Shown here one piece after another: positions 10,468 to 20,949 of a stretch of 64,000 nt of DNA. The stretch's first letter is position 1, and each line of letters opens with the position of its first letter. The stretch is from Cyclobacteriaceae bacterium (GTDB taxonomy: Bacteria > Bacteroidota > Bacteroidia > Cytophagales > Cyclobacteriaceae). Made by a program: the position numbers and the translations under genes. The notes under the pieces were generated by a model. It made no database searches. It was given only the letters and a program-made list of their open reading frames with translations, and was not told the DNA's origin. Location: contig JAXHKU010000017.1 of assembly GCA_034523095.1 (NCBI GenBank), positions 5,641 to 69,640 of the forward strand. The letters run 5' to 3'.

Positions 10468-10711
10468 TGAATCCAATCGGGCGGTAGACCGATTGTCAAT
10501 AGACATTTCCATCATTCGATGTTTACTTTTGCCAATTTCACAGTACTACTGCTTGCCTAACTTGCAACAACTCCTGGGTTTTTAGCCATTATTTTCTCCG
10601 TGCTTTAGCACAACTCTAATTTAAGGTCCTGCGATTTCACTAAATCACTAACAGACATTATCTTTATTCATAAATCATCTGAATTATCAGAAACTAACCC
10701 ATTTCCAGCAT

Positions 10712-11692
10712 ATGAAACTTTTTAAATCATTTTTCCTACTAGCTATCTCTATAGCTACCATTGGTAACGCTCAGAACTATTCAAAGCTCTCTGAAATCCA
10801 GCGGCTTCAAATGCTCGAAAAACCCATGAAAGGCGCGGATGTTGTTTTCGACACAGATACTTATAATGAAATCGACGACCAGTTTGCTCTGGTGTATGCG
10901 CTGCTTTCCAAAGAGAGTTTCAACCTGCTGGGCGTTTACGCCGCACCATTCTCCAACAACCGTGCAGATAATCCCACAAAAGGGATGGAACTGAGTTATG
11001 AGGAGATCTTGCGGATACTGGGAAAAATGAATAAAAAGCCAGATAGTTTCGCATTCAAAGGTTCGAAGAACTACCTGAGCAAGGACCTGAAGCCTGAAAC
11101 CAGTCCTGCAGTAGAGGATATGATAAAAAAAGCAATGGCGCATTCGCCCGAAAAACCATTATACGTTGTGGCGGTCGGCGCCATCATTAACGTGGCAAAT
11201 GCCATCCTGCTAAAGCCCGAAATCACAAGGAATATCGTGGTGGTATGGCTGGGGGGAAATGCGCATACCTGGCCCGACACCAGGGAGTTTAACATGATGC
11301 AGGACATCGCTGCAACCAATGTGATTTTAGACAGCGGAGTACCTTTCGTGCAATTCCCATGCATGGGTGTGGTGAGCCAGTTTACCACCACCGTGCCGGA
11401 AATGGAACTGTATCTGAAAGGTAAAAATGCCATCTCCGATTACCTGCTCGAAATATTCAAAGATTACCACAAAGATCATTTCGCCTGGTCAAAAGTGCTC
11501 TGGGATATGACTTCCATTGCCTGGATGATCAACAGCGACTGGACACCTTCGCAGTTAGTCCATGCTCCACGCGTAAGCGATACCGATCAGTACATGTTCA
11601 ATGCCAACCGGCATCTGATCAGGATGGTGTATCACATTGATCGGGACGCGATTATGAAAGATTTCTTCCTGAAGTCGCAGGGGTTTAAATAG
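10712..11692 (+). CDS. Nucleoside hydrolase (IUNH family), secreted
   Basis: Intact 326 aa ORF with a signal peptide and the N-terminal aspartate cluster DTDTYNEIDDQFAL. Confidence 0.8.
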   Translation: MKLFKSFFLLAISIATIGNAQNYSKLSEIQRLQMLEKPMKGADVVFDTDTYNEIDDQFALVYALLSKESFNLLGVYAAPFSNNRADNPTKGMELSYEEILRILGKMNKKPDSFAFKGSKNYLSKDLKPETSPAVEDMIKKAMAHSPEKPLYVVAVGAIINVANAILLKPEITRNIVVVWLGGNAHTWPDTREFNMMQDIAATNVILDSGVPFVQFPCMGVVSQFTTTVPEMELYLKGKNAISDYLLEIFKDYHKDHFAWSKVLWDMTSIAWMINSDWTPSQLVHAPRVSDTDQYMFNANRHLIRMVYHIDRDAIMKDFFLKSQGFK

Positions 11693-11734
11693 CCCGTTAA
11701 CTTCTTATTGAGAAAGTTTTAGTAATTTTCAAGT

Positions 11735-11968
11735 ATGAATACGAAGGAGAAACTTATTGAGAAAATTTCGCATATCGAAGATGAATCTATCCTTGAAGAG
11801 ATTATGGAAATTGTTCAGCTGGAATTAGAGCTTGGAGCTGAAAGTATCCGACTTACTCAGGAGCAGAAAGTATTCATTGATGAAGGACTAAAGAACATTG
11901 AATCCGGAAATATAATTCCTGATGAAGAAGCCAAAAAAATGACCCGTGAATGGCTAAAAAGGAGATAA
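11735..11968 (+). CDS. Small acidic antitoxin-like protein (partner of the ParE/RelE toxin)
   Basis: 77 aa ORF that overlaps the downstream toxin gene by 19 nt. Typical size and position for a type II antitoxin. I recognise no specific family. Confidence 0.55.
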   Translation: MNTKEKLIEKISHIEDESILEEIMEIVQLELELGAESIRLTQEQKVFIDEGLKNIESGNIIPDEEAKKMTREWLKRR

Positions 11969-12249
11969 TATGGACTCTTAAGGCTATTCAGGACAAACTG
12001 GAAATTCTCGACTACTGGATTACCAACAACAAATCAAAAACCTTTAGCGAGAGACTTGATCAATTGTTCGATAAAGCCATTGAAAAACTACAATTTCAAG
12101 CGGAACTTGGAAAAAAGACTGACTACAAAAACATTCGAATAGTAATTGTGCGCCATTACTTAGTTTACTACCTGATCCGTGATCAACATATTGAGGTTGT
12201 AAGAATCTGGGATGCGCGTAGAAACCCAAAAAAGTTTATTGTGTCCTAA
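11950..12249 (+). CDS. Type II toxin-antitoxin system RelE/ParE family toxin
   Basis: 99 aa ORF whose C-terminal block YLVYYLIRDQHIEVVRIWDARRNPKKF is typical of the ParE/RelE fold. Confidence 0.7.
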   Translation: MAKKEIIWTLKAIQDKLEILDYWITNNKSKTFSERLDQLFDKAIEKLQFQAELGKKTDYKNIRIVIVRHYLVYYLIRDQHIEVVRIWDARRNPKKFIVS

Positions 12250-12351
12250 AAATCAACTACACCTTAACAATTATTCTAAAATTAATATTCCAGATCGTTA
12301 AACGCTCTTTGAATATTCGACCAACTTTATGGATCTTAATTTATACTATCA

Positions 12352-13197
12352 ATGATCCTCATCGCTGACAGCGGCTCAACTAAAACAGACTGGCGCCTTA
12401 TGGATGGAAGCAGGGAGATAACCCGCATCCAAACCAAAGGCTTCAATCCGTACTACCAACAATTGGGCGAAATGACCGCAGAGGTAGAAGGATCGTTGTC
12501 CCCATATGTAGAATCTGAACTCGTAGATACTATTTTCTTCTATGGTGCAGGCTGCTCCACCGCCGAGCGGCAGAAAAAGATTTCAGATGCATTGAAACCG
12601 TCATTCCGCAAAGCCGCGATATTCGTTTACTCTGATCTGCTCGGCGCTGCCCGTGCGCTCAGCGGCAACAAACCGGGTATCGTTTGTATCCTGGGTACAG
12701 GCTCCGGGTCATGTCGCTATGACGGCGAAAAAATAGCTGAAAACATTCCATCGCTCGGCTTTATTCTCGGCGACGAAGGCAGCGGAGCCTGGTTGGGCAA
12801 GAAAATGGTGACGGATTTCCTGCGTGGTCATATGCCGGAAAATTGCATGGAACTAATCCGCAAGGAACTGCTGATCGATAAGGAAATCATTCTGGAACAG
12901 GTGAATCACAAACCGATGCCGAGCCGTTACCTGGCCAGTTTCGCAAAATTTATCAGCGAGCATATCGATCAAACCTATTTCTATAAGCTCATATTCGACA
13001 GTTTCACCGCTTTCGCGGAAAACTATATTATCCGCTACGATCATTACGCCGAAACCAAATGTCACTTCGTTGGTTCGGTGGCTTATTACAACCAGGAAAT
13101 CCTGGAAAATGTGGCCAAATACAACGGTTTTTCTATCGGCAACATTATAAAAAGTCCTATCGATGGATTGACCTCTTATCATTCAAATCCAAAATAA
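12352..13197 (+). CDS. BadF/BadG/BcrA/BcrD-type ATPase sugar kinase (GlcNAc/MurNAc kinase, MurK-like)
   Basis: Intact 281 aa ORF with ASKHA phosphate motifs ILIADSGSTKTDWRL, ILGTGSGSC and GFILGDEGSGAWLG. It lies immediately upstream of murQ. Confidence 0.75.
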   Translation: MILIADSGSTKTDWRLMDGSREITRIQTKGFNPYYQQLGEMTAEVEGSLSPYVESELVDTIFFYGAGCSTAERQKKISDALKPSFRKAAIFVYSDLLGAARALSGNKPGIVCILGTGSGSCRYDGEKIAENIPSLGFILGDEGSGAWLGKKMVTDFLRGHMPENCMELIRKELLIDKEIILEQVNHKPMPSRYLASFAKFISEHIDQTYFYKLIFDSFTAFAENYIIRYDHYAETKCHFVGSVAYYNQEILENVAKYNGFSIGNIIKSPIDGLTSYHSNPK

Positions 13198-13204
13198 TCA
13201 ACCC

Positions 13205-14029
13205 GTGAGCACAACCGAATCACCTTCCTACTACGACAACCTGGAAAAGATGTCAGTGAGCGAATTACTCACCAACATCAATAAAGAGGACCAAACTGTG
13301 CCACACGCTGTGGCAAAGGTGATACCACAGATTGAAAAATTAGTAGAGCGGATTGTGGAGAAAATGAAGGAAGGGGGCCGCTTGTTTTACACCGGGGCAG
13401 GAACCAGTGGCAGGCTTGGAATCGTGGATGCCTCCGAGTGCCCGCCAACCTTTGGTGTGCCGCAGGATATGGTGATAGGGATTATGGCTGGCGGTGATCA
13501 GGCGATCAGAAAAGCCGTAGAATATGCAGAAGATGATCCGGAGCAGGGTTGGAGCGACCTTCTCAAACACAATATCACCAATAAGGATGTAGTCATAGGA
13601 ATTGCTGCGTCAGGCAGGACACCCTACGTGATAGGCGCTGTGAAAATGGCGCGGGAGAACGGTTTGGTGACCGGATGCATTACCTGCAACCAAAACTCAA
13701 GACTGGCAGAATCTGCTGAATTCCCAGTAGAGGTTGTTGTGGGACCTGAGTTTGTGACGGGAAGTACGCGGATGAAATCAGGCACCGCTCAGAAACTGGT
13801 GCTCAACATGATTTCAACAACCGTGATGATAAAGCTGGGGAAAGTGCGGGGAAATAAGATGGTGGATATGCAACTCACCAACGAAAAACTGGTGGACCGC
13901 GGCACCAAAATGATTATGCAGGAACTGGGTGTGGATTATGAAACCGCTAACAATCTGTTGTTAACACACGGCTCAGTGAGGAAGGCAGTTGATGCGGTGA
14001 AGGGAGGGTATTTTGCGGATGATGTTTAA
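13205..14029 (+). CDS. murQ: N-acetylmuramic acid 6-phosphate etherase
   Basis: 274 aa ORF with a GTG start and SIS-domain motifs GAGTSGRLGIVDASECPPTFG and GIAASGRTPYV. Confidence 0.85.
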   Translation: MSTTESPSYYDNLEKMSVSELLTNINKEDQTVPHAVAKVIPQIEKLVERIVEKMKEGGRLFYTGAGTSGRLGIVDASECPPTFGVPQDMVIGIMAGGDQAIRKAVEYAEDDPEQGWSDLLKHNITNKDVVIGIAASGRTPYVIGAVKMARENGLVTGCITCNQNSRLAESAEFPVEVVVGPEFVTGSTRMKSGTAQKLVLNMISTTVMIKLGKVRGNKMVDMQLTNEKLVDRGTKMIMQELGVDYETANNLLLTHGSVRKAVDAVKGGYFADDV

Positions 14030-15247
14030 ATGCTCCGGTAAATCTGGTCGTAAGCGGCAACTCCTTGTTCCAGAGAGAAGTACTTCACGGCATGTTGCCT
14101 TATGGATTCACCGGTAAACTGGAGGGATAAGAAGGATGTCACGGCATTATCGTAGGCTGTTTCATTGAAGCCATTCACCAGAACTCCAGCCCTGGTTTTC
14201 TTTAAGATATCATCCACATCACCCCAGCCTGTGTTCGTGAAGACTGGCTTTCCCCATGGCCATGATCTCTCCCATTTTAGTGGCAGCCGAAGCTTTTTTG
14301 CTGTAGGACGGTTTGATGAAGAAGATCGACGCGGAAGAAACCGAGATAAAAAGCGGCACATCGGCCCTTGAAGAAGAAGTATGGATAATTTCGCCGTGAT
14401 TATAGTTTCGGGATGTAAGCGCTACTTTCAATACTTGCTGGTCCGGTGACACAAAAAGGAAGCGGGGCTTATCCATTTTCGACCTCAAAATATCATAAAA
14501 ATCCAGCATCTCTTCCAGCATGTACCATGTACCCAGTGAACCGAGATACAGCAAAACGAAGTCGCCTTGATGAATTCCCAACTCATGCTTTACCCCTTCT
14601 ATTTTTTCATGGGACACTCTTTCTGGATTGAAATGATTCATATCGGCGCAAGTAGGAATGACAGCGATTTTGTCGATCTTACCATTGAACTGTTGAACTG
14701 TTGAACCGAAATTCTCCCATTGTTCTATTTCTTGTTTGGCATTTTCAGTAAGCGAAATCACTGCATTGGCCTCTTCAATAAACTGCCTTTCCTTTTTCTT
14801 GAAATATCCATAAACCCACCTGAACAACGGGTTCGACATATTCCACAGCCCGCCTTCCACCCGCTCATCCGCCCAGAAACCGCGCATATCAAAGATGAAC
14901 TTTGTCCCGAATCTGTGTTTCGCCCATAAACCTACTAGGCTCGTTACATAGCTGCGGCAATGAACAATGTCGATTTTCTGGGTTTTCAGCACTTTTTTAA
15001 CCGCTCTTTTCAGCAGATAAAGATCATACAGTGTAGATAGTACAGGTGGCGATTTGTGGTATTTCAAAGGAATAATATTTAACCGGGGACCCAGTCCGAG
15101 GAACCCGGCACCTTTAACTTTTTCAAAACTGATGATAGTGATAGCGTGCCCGCGAGCCCCGAGTCCTTCAAGGTAAGGCAATATCTGCGACTGACCAAGT
15201 GGGTCAGACAGGCCATCGTAGGTGAGGTAGAGGATGGACTTTGGCAT
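14026..15247 (-). pseudogene. Glycosyltransferase family 4 with a single frame break near 14248-14256
   Basis: ORF 14219..15247 (MPKSILYLTYDGLSDPLGQSQILPYLEGL...) continues in ORF 14026..14361 (GKPVFTNTGWGDVDDIL...). The junction is at GGGGAAAG, so a one-base homopolymer change restores MGKPVFTNTGWG. Confidence 0.75.
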
Positions 15248-15250
15248 ACC
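15100..15250. repeat. Direct repeat copy A (5' end of the GT4 gene)
   Basis: About 140-150 bp align by eye at roughly 85-90 percent identity with 18190..18341 in the same orientation (shared core ggtaaggcaatatctgcgactgaccaagtgggt..catcgtaggtgaggtagaggatgga). Confidence 0.7.
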
Positions 15251-15259
15251 GGGAGAACC

Positions 15260-17942
15260 CTAAAAACCAGGCAACTTAAATTTCATGGTCACCTCACCTG
15301 TTTCTTTGTTCACTACGATATTCTGGCTGTCGATAACCATATCTTTTCCAGTGGACATCTTGAACAATCCTGCGAGGAATTGCATACCATTGTTCATAAC
15401 CTGCTCCATTTCCCGAGCTTTTTGTTCCTGCGTGCTCGCCATTTCCTGACTGCCCGCCGCTTCGTTGGTTTCCTCATCCCTTCTTCAGAAAAATCAATTT
15501 CCATCTGCATTGCTTTGGTCGATGTCTCGGTTTCGGTGAGTGCCAAATGTTCTGCTTCAATATCCGCCTGCATCATAATCGAGGGTTCCATCGCGTCTTC
15601 AGATGTGATGGCGGCCTCGGCCTCTAGCTCGAGTTGGCCGAGCATCTCTTCCAATTGTGCAATAAACTGCGACTTGCCCTTTTGTGAAAAATCCACGAAA
15701 TCCATATCGCTCGATTTGTCCAGCACACCATCGAAGAGGTTTTGCTTCAGCAGGAGCCCTGCGGCGATGGACTCTTCAATGGATTTGCGGGTAATGAAGT
15801 TGTAAATGGTGAGCTTGTGGCTCTTTTGTCCCAGCCGGTCAATTCGTCCAATGCGTTGATTTTTCTTTGCGGGATTCCACGGAAGTTCAAAGTTGATAAG
15901 CGTATTTGCCACCTGCAGGTTTAATCCTGCTCCTCCTGCTTCTGTGCTAAGAAAAACCTTGATCTGTGGGTCAGACTCGAATTTTTTAATCACATCACCG
16001 CGTTGGTTTACCGGTACCTTTCCGCTGAGTTCTACGAAGCCGATATCATATTTGCGGAGCATTTCACCGATAAGCTTATGCACTTTTCTCCATTCGGAGA
16101 ATATGATCAGTTTGATGTCATTGTTTTGAATGTCGAGTTTCTCCAGCAGCATATACTCGAGCTCCAGGAGTTTTGGCGATTCGTTGGTCTGATCGTCGAT
16201 CAGGTAAGTGGAATCGCATACCATTCGCATGTTAGCCAGCAGCAGTTGAATGCGCTGTAGGTCGAATGGTGTGAGGAAAGGTTTGTTCAGAATCATGGTG
16301 AGCGATCGGGCAAACCCACCATGCAATTCCTGCTGCAGTGGCGATAACATGACCGGTATTTCGATCTGCCTCACATTTGGCAACTGGTCGAGAACATGCC
16401 TTTTTTGTCGGCGAATGACTACCTGCCTTAGCTTTTCGTTGAGTGTACTTAGATTGTAGTACCCGTTTATTTTGTCTTTGCGCTCCGGATCGAAGAGGCA
16501 GTGCTGATAGGAAAACTCCCACAGAGGGCCAAAAAACCGGGGATTCAGAAAACTCATGATAGAGAATATGTCGATCAGCTTGTTTTCGATGGGCGTACCG
16601 GTAATCACCAGCGTGTGTTTAGGATTAAGTCGCTTGACGGCGGAGGCCGTTTTAGTTTCGAAGTTCTTAACCCTCTGTGCCTCGTCCAGGATCAGGAAGT
16701 CGATCCCTGCCCGGTTTATTGCGGAAGCATCGCGCAGGATGGTTTCGTAGTTGACGATCAGGAAATACGTGGCACTGTCATGATAAATGCGTTCGCGCTG
16801 CTGAGGAGTTCCATCAACGATCAGGACATTTTCATCGGTGAAACGTTCTATTTCCTTTTTCCACTGCGATTTTAAGGACGCCGGGCATACGATAAGGGCT
16901 TTTCTAAACCCGAATATTTGCTTCTTAAGTATGGCCACGGCTATGGCCTGAAGGGTTTTTCCAAGGCCCATCTCATCGGCGATGATGGCGGCCTTCCTGA
17001 ATAAGACAAAGGCGACCCCTTCTTTCTGATAGTCGAACAGATCGGCGCTTATAGCACTGAAATCCAAGCTGGCGTTGTTCGCTAACTGCCTTAGCAGCTT
17101 TTCATCGAAAAACGACTCGACCAGATCAGGTACCTCAGGACGAATCTTTATATTTTCAAAAGATTTGGCTTCTTCCAGAAAGCCGGCAAAATTCTCTGTC
17201 TCTCCATCGTCAATAAATGTGCTGCTGCCGAAGTACTTACTGATGAGTGCTTTCTCTTCATCGCCTATTTCGTGCGGATAGTACCAGGAAATCTTATATT
17301 CGTTCAGTGGATCGCAGAATATTTCGATGAACGGATACTCCTGCGATAAGCGTCTGAAAAGATTCTTATCTTTCTTCAGCTGATCAAAGGCAAACATAAT
17401 GTGCTTGGTGGTGCCTAATTTATTTAGCCTGGCATCTTCGCTGTCACTGTAGCCGGTTTCATTCGTGAAGTCACGCAGGAATACCTTGTACGATATGCCC
17501 TCTTCGTTGGTCAGTAAATGATCGCCATGGATATTTGACGCCCATTTTATCCGATAATCAGCCTTTTCGCACGCAGCCTTCGCTCCTCAAGTACACGGTT
17601 TTTCATACCTTCACAGGTGTATCGCTTATGTTCATCACTCCCTTTCGGATTAAGTGCGTTGAGCTCATCCTTTATTACTAAAAGACATGCATATCCGGCA
17701 TCATCCCAGGGGGTATTTAGGCCCAACTGAGAAAATACCCAATCATCATTCACTATGCCCAAGGCACAGAATTTTGCGTTGGGCGTATCATGTTCGATGG
17801 TGAAATCAAAGCGGCTGCCTGCTTGCGACAAAAGGATACACCTTCCTTCATCACGCCACTTCCTCCCGTTGGCTATCTCGCCGGGCGTCAGTTGAATTTC
17901 CAGTATTTCTAATTGTTCCTTTACTCGCGCTTTCAAATTCAT
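15260..17942 (-). pseudogene. SNF2-family (DEAD/DEAH box) helicase with two frame breaks
   Basis: The main ORF 15394..17397 carries DEMGLGKTLQAI, LILDEAQRVKN, TGTPIENKL and STEAGGAGLNLQ..ELPWNPAKKNQRIGRIDRLGQ. The N-terminal 131 aa ORF 17547..17942 joins it through a shift between 17547 and 17590 (TTTT at 17565-17568). The C-terminal 60 aa ORF 15260..15442 joins at CCC 15478-15480. Confidence 0.8.
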
Positions 17943-18122
17943 AAGGCTTGGATATTACTGACAAATTGTTTTCAATACTATGGAATGCGTTCGGTTTTTT
18001 AAAGATACCATGATGAAAAGTTTGAAGATTTGAGGCAGACAGGTGCTCTTAGGTGAATTTTACTTGAATAGTTTGCCTGTCAAAAAGAAATGTCGGGATC
18101 AGGGTATATATTAGACTCAAAA

Positions 18123-18341
18123 TTAATCAATAAGTCTCCATTGAATGCGCCGATAGATATTTCCGTTGTGGTTCCATTGTATCGCACTGAACCAGCGCCC
18201 AGCAGCCTTAACTTTTTGAAAACTGATTATCGTGATAGGGTGCCCGAGAGCTGCCAGTCCTTCGAGGTAAGGCAATATCTGCGACTGACCAAGTGGGTAA
18301 GATAGACCATCGTAGGTGAGGTAGAGGATGGATATTTTCAA
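18123..18341 (-). pseudogene. 5' remnant of a GT4 glycosyltransferase paralog
   Basis: Its first 48 codons or so (KISILYLTYDGLSYPLGQSQILPYLEGLAALGHPITIISFQKVKAAG) parallel the N-terminus of the 14026..15247 gene. Similarity then ends and no downstream GT domain follows. Confidence 0.7.
18190..18341. repeat. Direct repeat copy B (GT4 5' remnant)
   Basis: Partner of 15100..15250. The two copies bracket the SNF2 gene. Confidence 0.7.
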
Positions 18342-18344
18342 AGT

Positions 18345-19231
18345 TTAGCTTTTCAGCATAATAAGTGAATTAAGATATGAATACGAATTGCGGTGAAAAA
18401 CAATAGGAAGGAAAATACGAATGGAAATAGGATAATATTTCAGAGAGAAACTTGAATGAGGCCCTGGACAAATGATTGGCCAAGTAGAGGTAGCGGTGGG
18501 CTTTGAATTGGGACATTGACCGGCCGAGAAATTTCTGATGTCAGCATCCGCGTTTACAATTTCAATACTTTTTTTAATACGGCGAATGAGTTGATGTTGA
18601 TTAAAATTAATCACACTGCGACCTCTGTGTTGCACCACATAGGCAGATATTCTATTGGAATACCGCAGAGGAAAAAGACTCGCCAGTTTCAGCCAAAGCA
18701 AATAATCTTCAGAGCCAATAATGTCTGGATCTTCATTGAATTGATGTTGCTCTAGAATATCCTTTTTAACAAAAACCCCTATGCAGCTCAGGTGGTTGCC
18801 GGTGATCAATGACTGATTTATATTGCCTTTACGCCTATGTTCTTTCCTGAGAACCCTCCCCGCTTCATCCCTGATTTCATAAGCAATGTGAAACCACTCA
18901 GGTCGATTGTATTGCTTTATTAATGTTAGGGCTTCATCTAGGTAATGAGGATACAATTCATCATCGCTATCCAAAAAAGTGATGTAATCCCCAGCAGCCT
19001 GCAGAATGCCAAAATTGCGCGCGATGGCCCGCTCTTCATTTTCTTTTTAAAGTATTTGATGCGCGGATCTTGAATAGATGAAATAACCTGCTCGGTATTG
19101 TCAGCACTTCCGTCATCGATAATGATTATTTCAAAATCAGAATAATGCTGATCAAACGCCGACTGGATTGAGCTTAAAATCCGATCTGCGCGGTTGTAGG
19201 TAGGGATGATGATGGAGAATTTAACCGACAT
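18345..19231 (-). pseudogene. Glycosyltransferase family 2, frame-broken
   Basis: The N-terminus is MSVKFSIIIPTYNRADRI..FEIIIIDDGSADNT (ORF 18938..19252, ATG at 19231). A shift at the T5/A5 run 19044-19048 joins ..ERAIARNFGILQAAGDYITFLDSDDELYP (ORF 18345..18974). The C-terminal ~60 codons look out of frame too. Confidence 0.75.
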
Positions 19232-19405
19232 AATGTAAAAGAGTTGGTGCAAGAACCAAGGTCAGACGATAGTCTGGCCGTATTATCCTTCGAAACCAGT
19301 CAGTAAAATGTGATCTAACACCCAAACACTCACAGAACTGATACAGATAAAACCCAAATAGCAAATTTTACTTTCAATTTTAAAAAGGGGGTTTCTACCA
19401 GATAA

Positions 19406-20428
19406 TCAAGAAAACAAAGCACAAATGAATATAGCAATGATATTTATCGGGAAATAAGTCAAATATTTGTATTTAAGCCATAAGGAAGTACTACCCAGGA
19501 ACAACTGCTGCCATACGTATAAACTATATGAAAGCTTTCCAATAAAACTTAAAGGTTTTGTTTCAAATAAAACACCTAAGCTCGATTCTGGATAAAGCAA
19601 AAAATAGCTAAATATCACAGTATTACCAAGAAGGATCAAATTACCAAAAATTACAATATTAATGCCAGTTTTATATTCATGAATGGAACTGATTAAGACC
19701 AAAATAAAAGCTAATCCAAGAATAATATCTTTGTACGATGAAAAAATACTTTTAATAGCATACTTATAATTTACTATGATATAGCGCATTAAACACCCTA
19801 CGAACAAGAAGTCAACATGCATAAAAAATGGCCCACCCACCCATCTGGAAATTTCAGGAAAAGAATAATTTAATGCCCTGAAAAAAGTACCAGTTACAAC
19901 GACACCGACTCCAATTATTAAAAAACTATTCTTAATCTTGGCAAGAGTGTTTTTAAATAAAAATGGGTAAATGAGATAAAATTGTTCTTCAACTGATAAT
20001 GACCAAGCGTGTTTAACAAACCAAGTGGATACGAATACTTCACCATTTTGCCAGACGTTATAATTCTGAATGTATAGAAATGCTAATAAAATGGCTTCAT
20101 ATGATATTTGAATGATTTCGAAATAGGCCAAAAAAGCCAAAAACGCAAGATAAAAATAGAAACTTGGAAAAATTCTTAGCACCCTTCTGGCAAAAAAGTT
20201 CTTAATACTTATTCTACCGGTACTTTTATACTCAATTAATAAAACATGGGTTATTAAATAACCACTTAAAAGAAAAAAAAGTCGAACGCCTAAAGTCCCT
20301 AACCCCAAAGATTGAAAAGCATTATTAATAAATTGAGGAAAGTTGGGAGTATGCGTCAAATGAGAAATTAGAACAAGCGTTATTGCAAATGCTCGTAAAC
20401 CATTTAATGAGGGAATATACTTAGTCAT
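19406..20428 (-). CDS. Acyltransferase family 3 (O-acyltransferase) membrane protein
   Basis: Intact 340 aa polytopic ORF starting LNGLRAFAITLVLISH. It is markedly AT-rich (about one-third GC by eye) compared with its neighbours. Confidence 0.8.
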   Translation of the reverse strand: MTKYIPSLNGLRAFAITLVLISHLTHTPNFPQFINNAFQSLGLGTLGVRLFFLLSGYLITHVLLIEYKSTGRISIKNFFARRVLRIFPSFYFYLAFLAFLAYFEIIQISYEAILLAFLYIQNYNVWQNGEVFVSTWFVKHAWSLSVEEQFYLIYPFLFKNTLAKIKNSFLIIGVGVVVTGTFFRALNYSFPEISRWVGGPFFMHVDFLFVGCLMRYIIVNYKYAIKSIFSSYKDIILGLAFILVLISSIHEYKTGINIVIFGNLILLGNTVIFSYFLLYPESSLGVLFETKPLSFIGKLSYSLYVWQQLFLGSTSLWLKYKYLTYFPINIIAIFICALFS

Positions 20429-20741
20429 CTAAGAACCAAAATGGTAAAAATGTACTACGCTTTTAAAAAGTGTAGGAATAGATCGACACTATTTCTAAGA
20501 CTAAAAATCAATAAGACCTAAGCATTTTTTGAAATTAGCAGGCTCTATTTTCAGGGAATAATCTATTGGTCTTATCTCATTTTTTTTCTGGCTCATTTCA
20601 GCAAAAAAAAATGATCCCTATGAACAGGAGTGTCGGCAATCGCCAAAAAACAATTATACATACGATCAGGCAAAGGATGAAACATTAGCTCCTGATGCCT
20701 GTCTCTATTCCAAAATATCTGGCAATAGCACGTTCGTTATT

Positions 20742-20930
20742 TTACTTTTTGAAAAACCAAATTCTATTATCCTTGCAGGTTTTTACTAGTTCCTCCCTAT
20801 CATCCGATGAGCCGCCATCCGCCAAAATCAACTCAAAATTTGCATAGGACTGAGTTACAACCAAATGAATGCAATGAATTAATACTCCAGCGCGATTATA
20901 AGTAGGGATGATGATAGAAATTAGGAACAT
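20742..20930 (-). pseudogene. Truncated glycosyltransferase family 2 (N-terminal ~60 codons only)
   Basis: MFLISIIIPTYNRAGVL..FELILADGGSSDD is followed by a stop. Only a short out-of-frame NERAIARYFG relic lies downstream, and no catalytic C-terminal half exists before the acyltransferase gene. Confidence 0.65.
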
Positions 20931-20949
20931 TGGTTCGAAGTTTTTCCTA

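Noticed and set aside
15146-17281. Several plus-strand ORFs (15146..15805 of 219 aa, 16003..16260, 16501..16875, 17075..17281).
   Set aside because: All are antisense to the strongly supported SNF2 and GT4 coding sequences and have serine/cysteine-rich shadow-frame composition.
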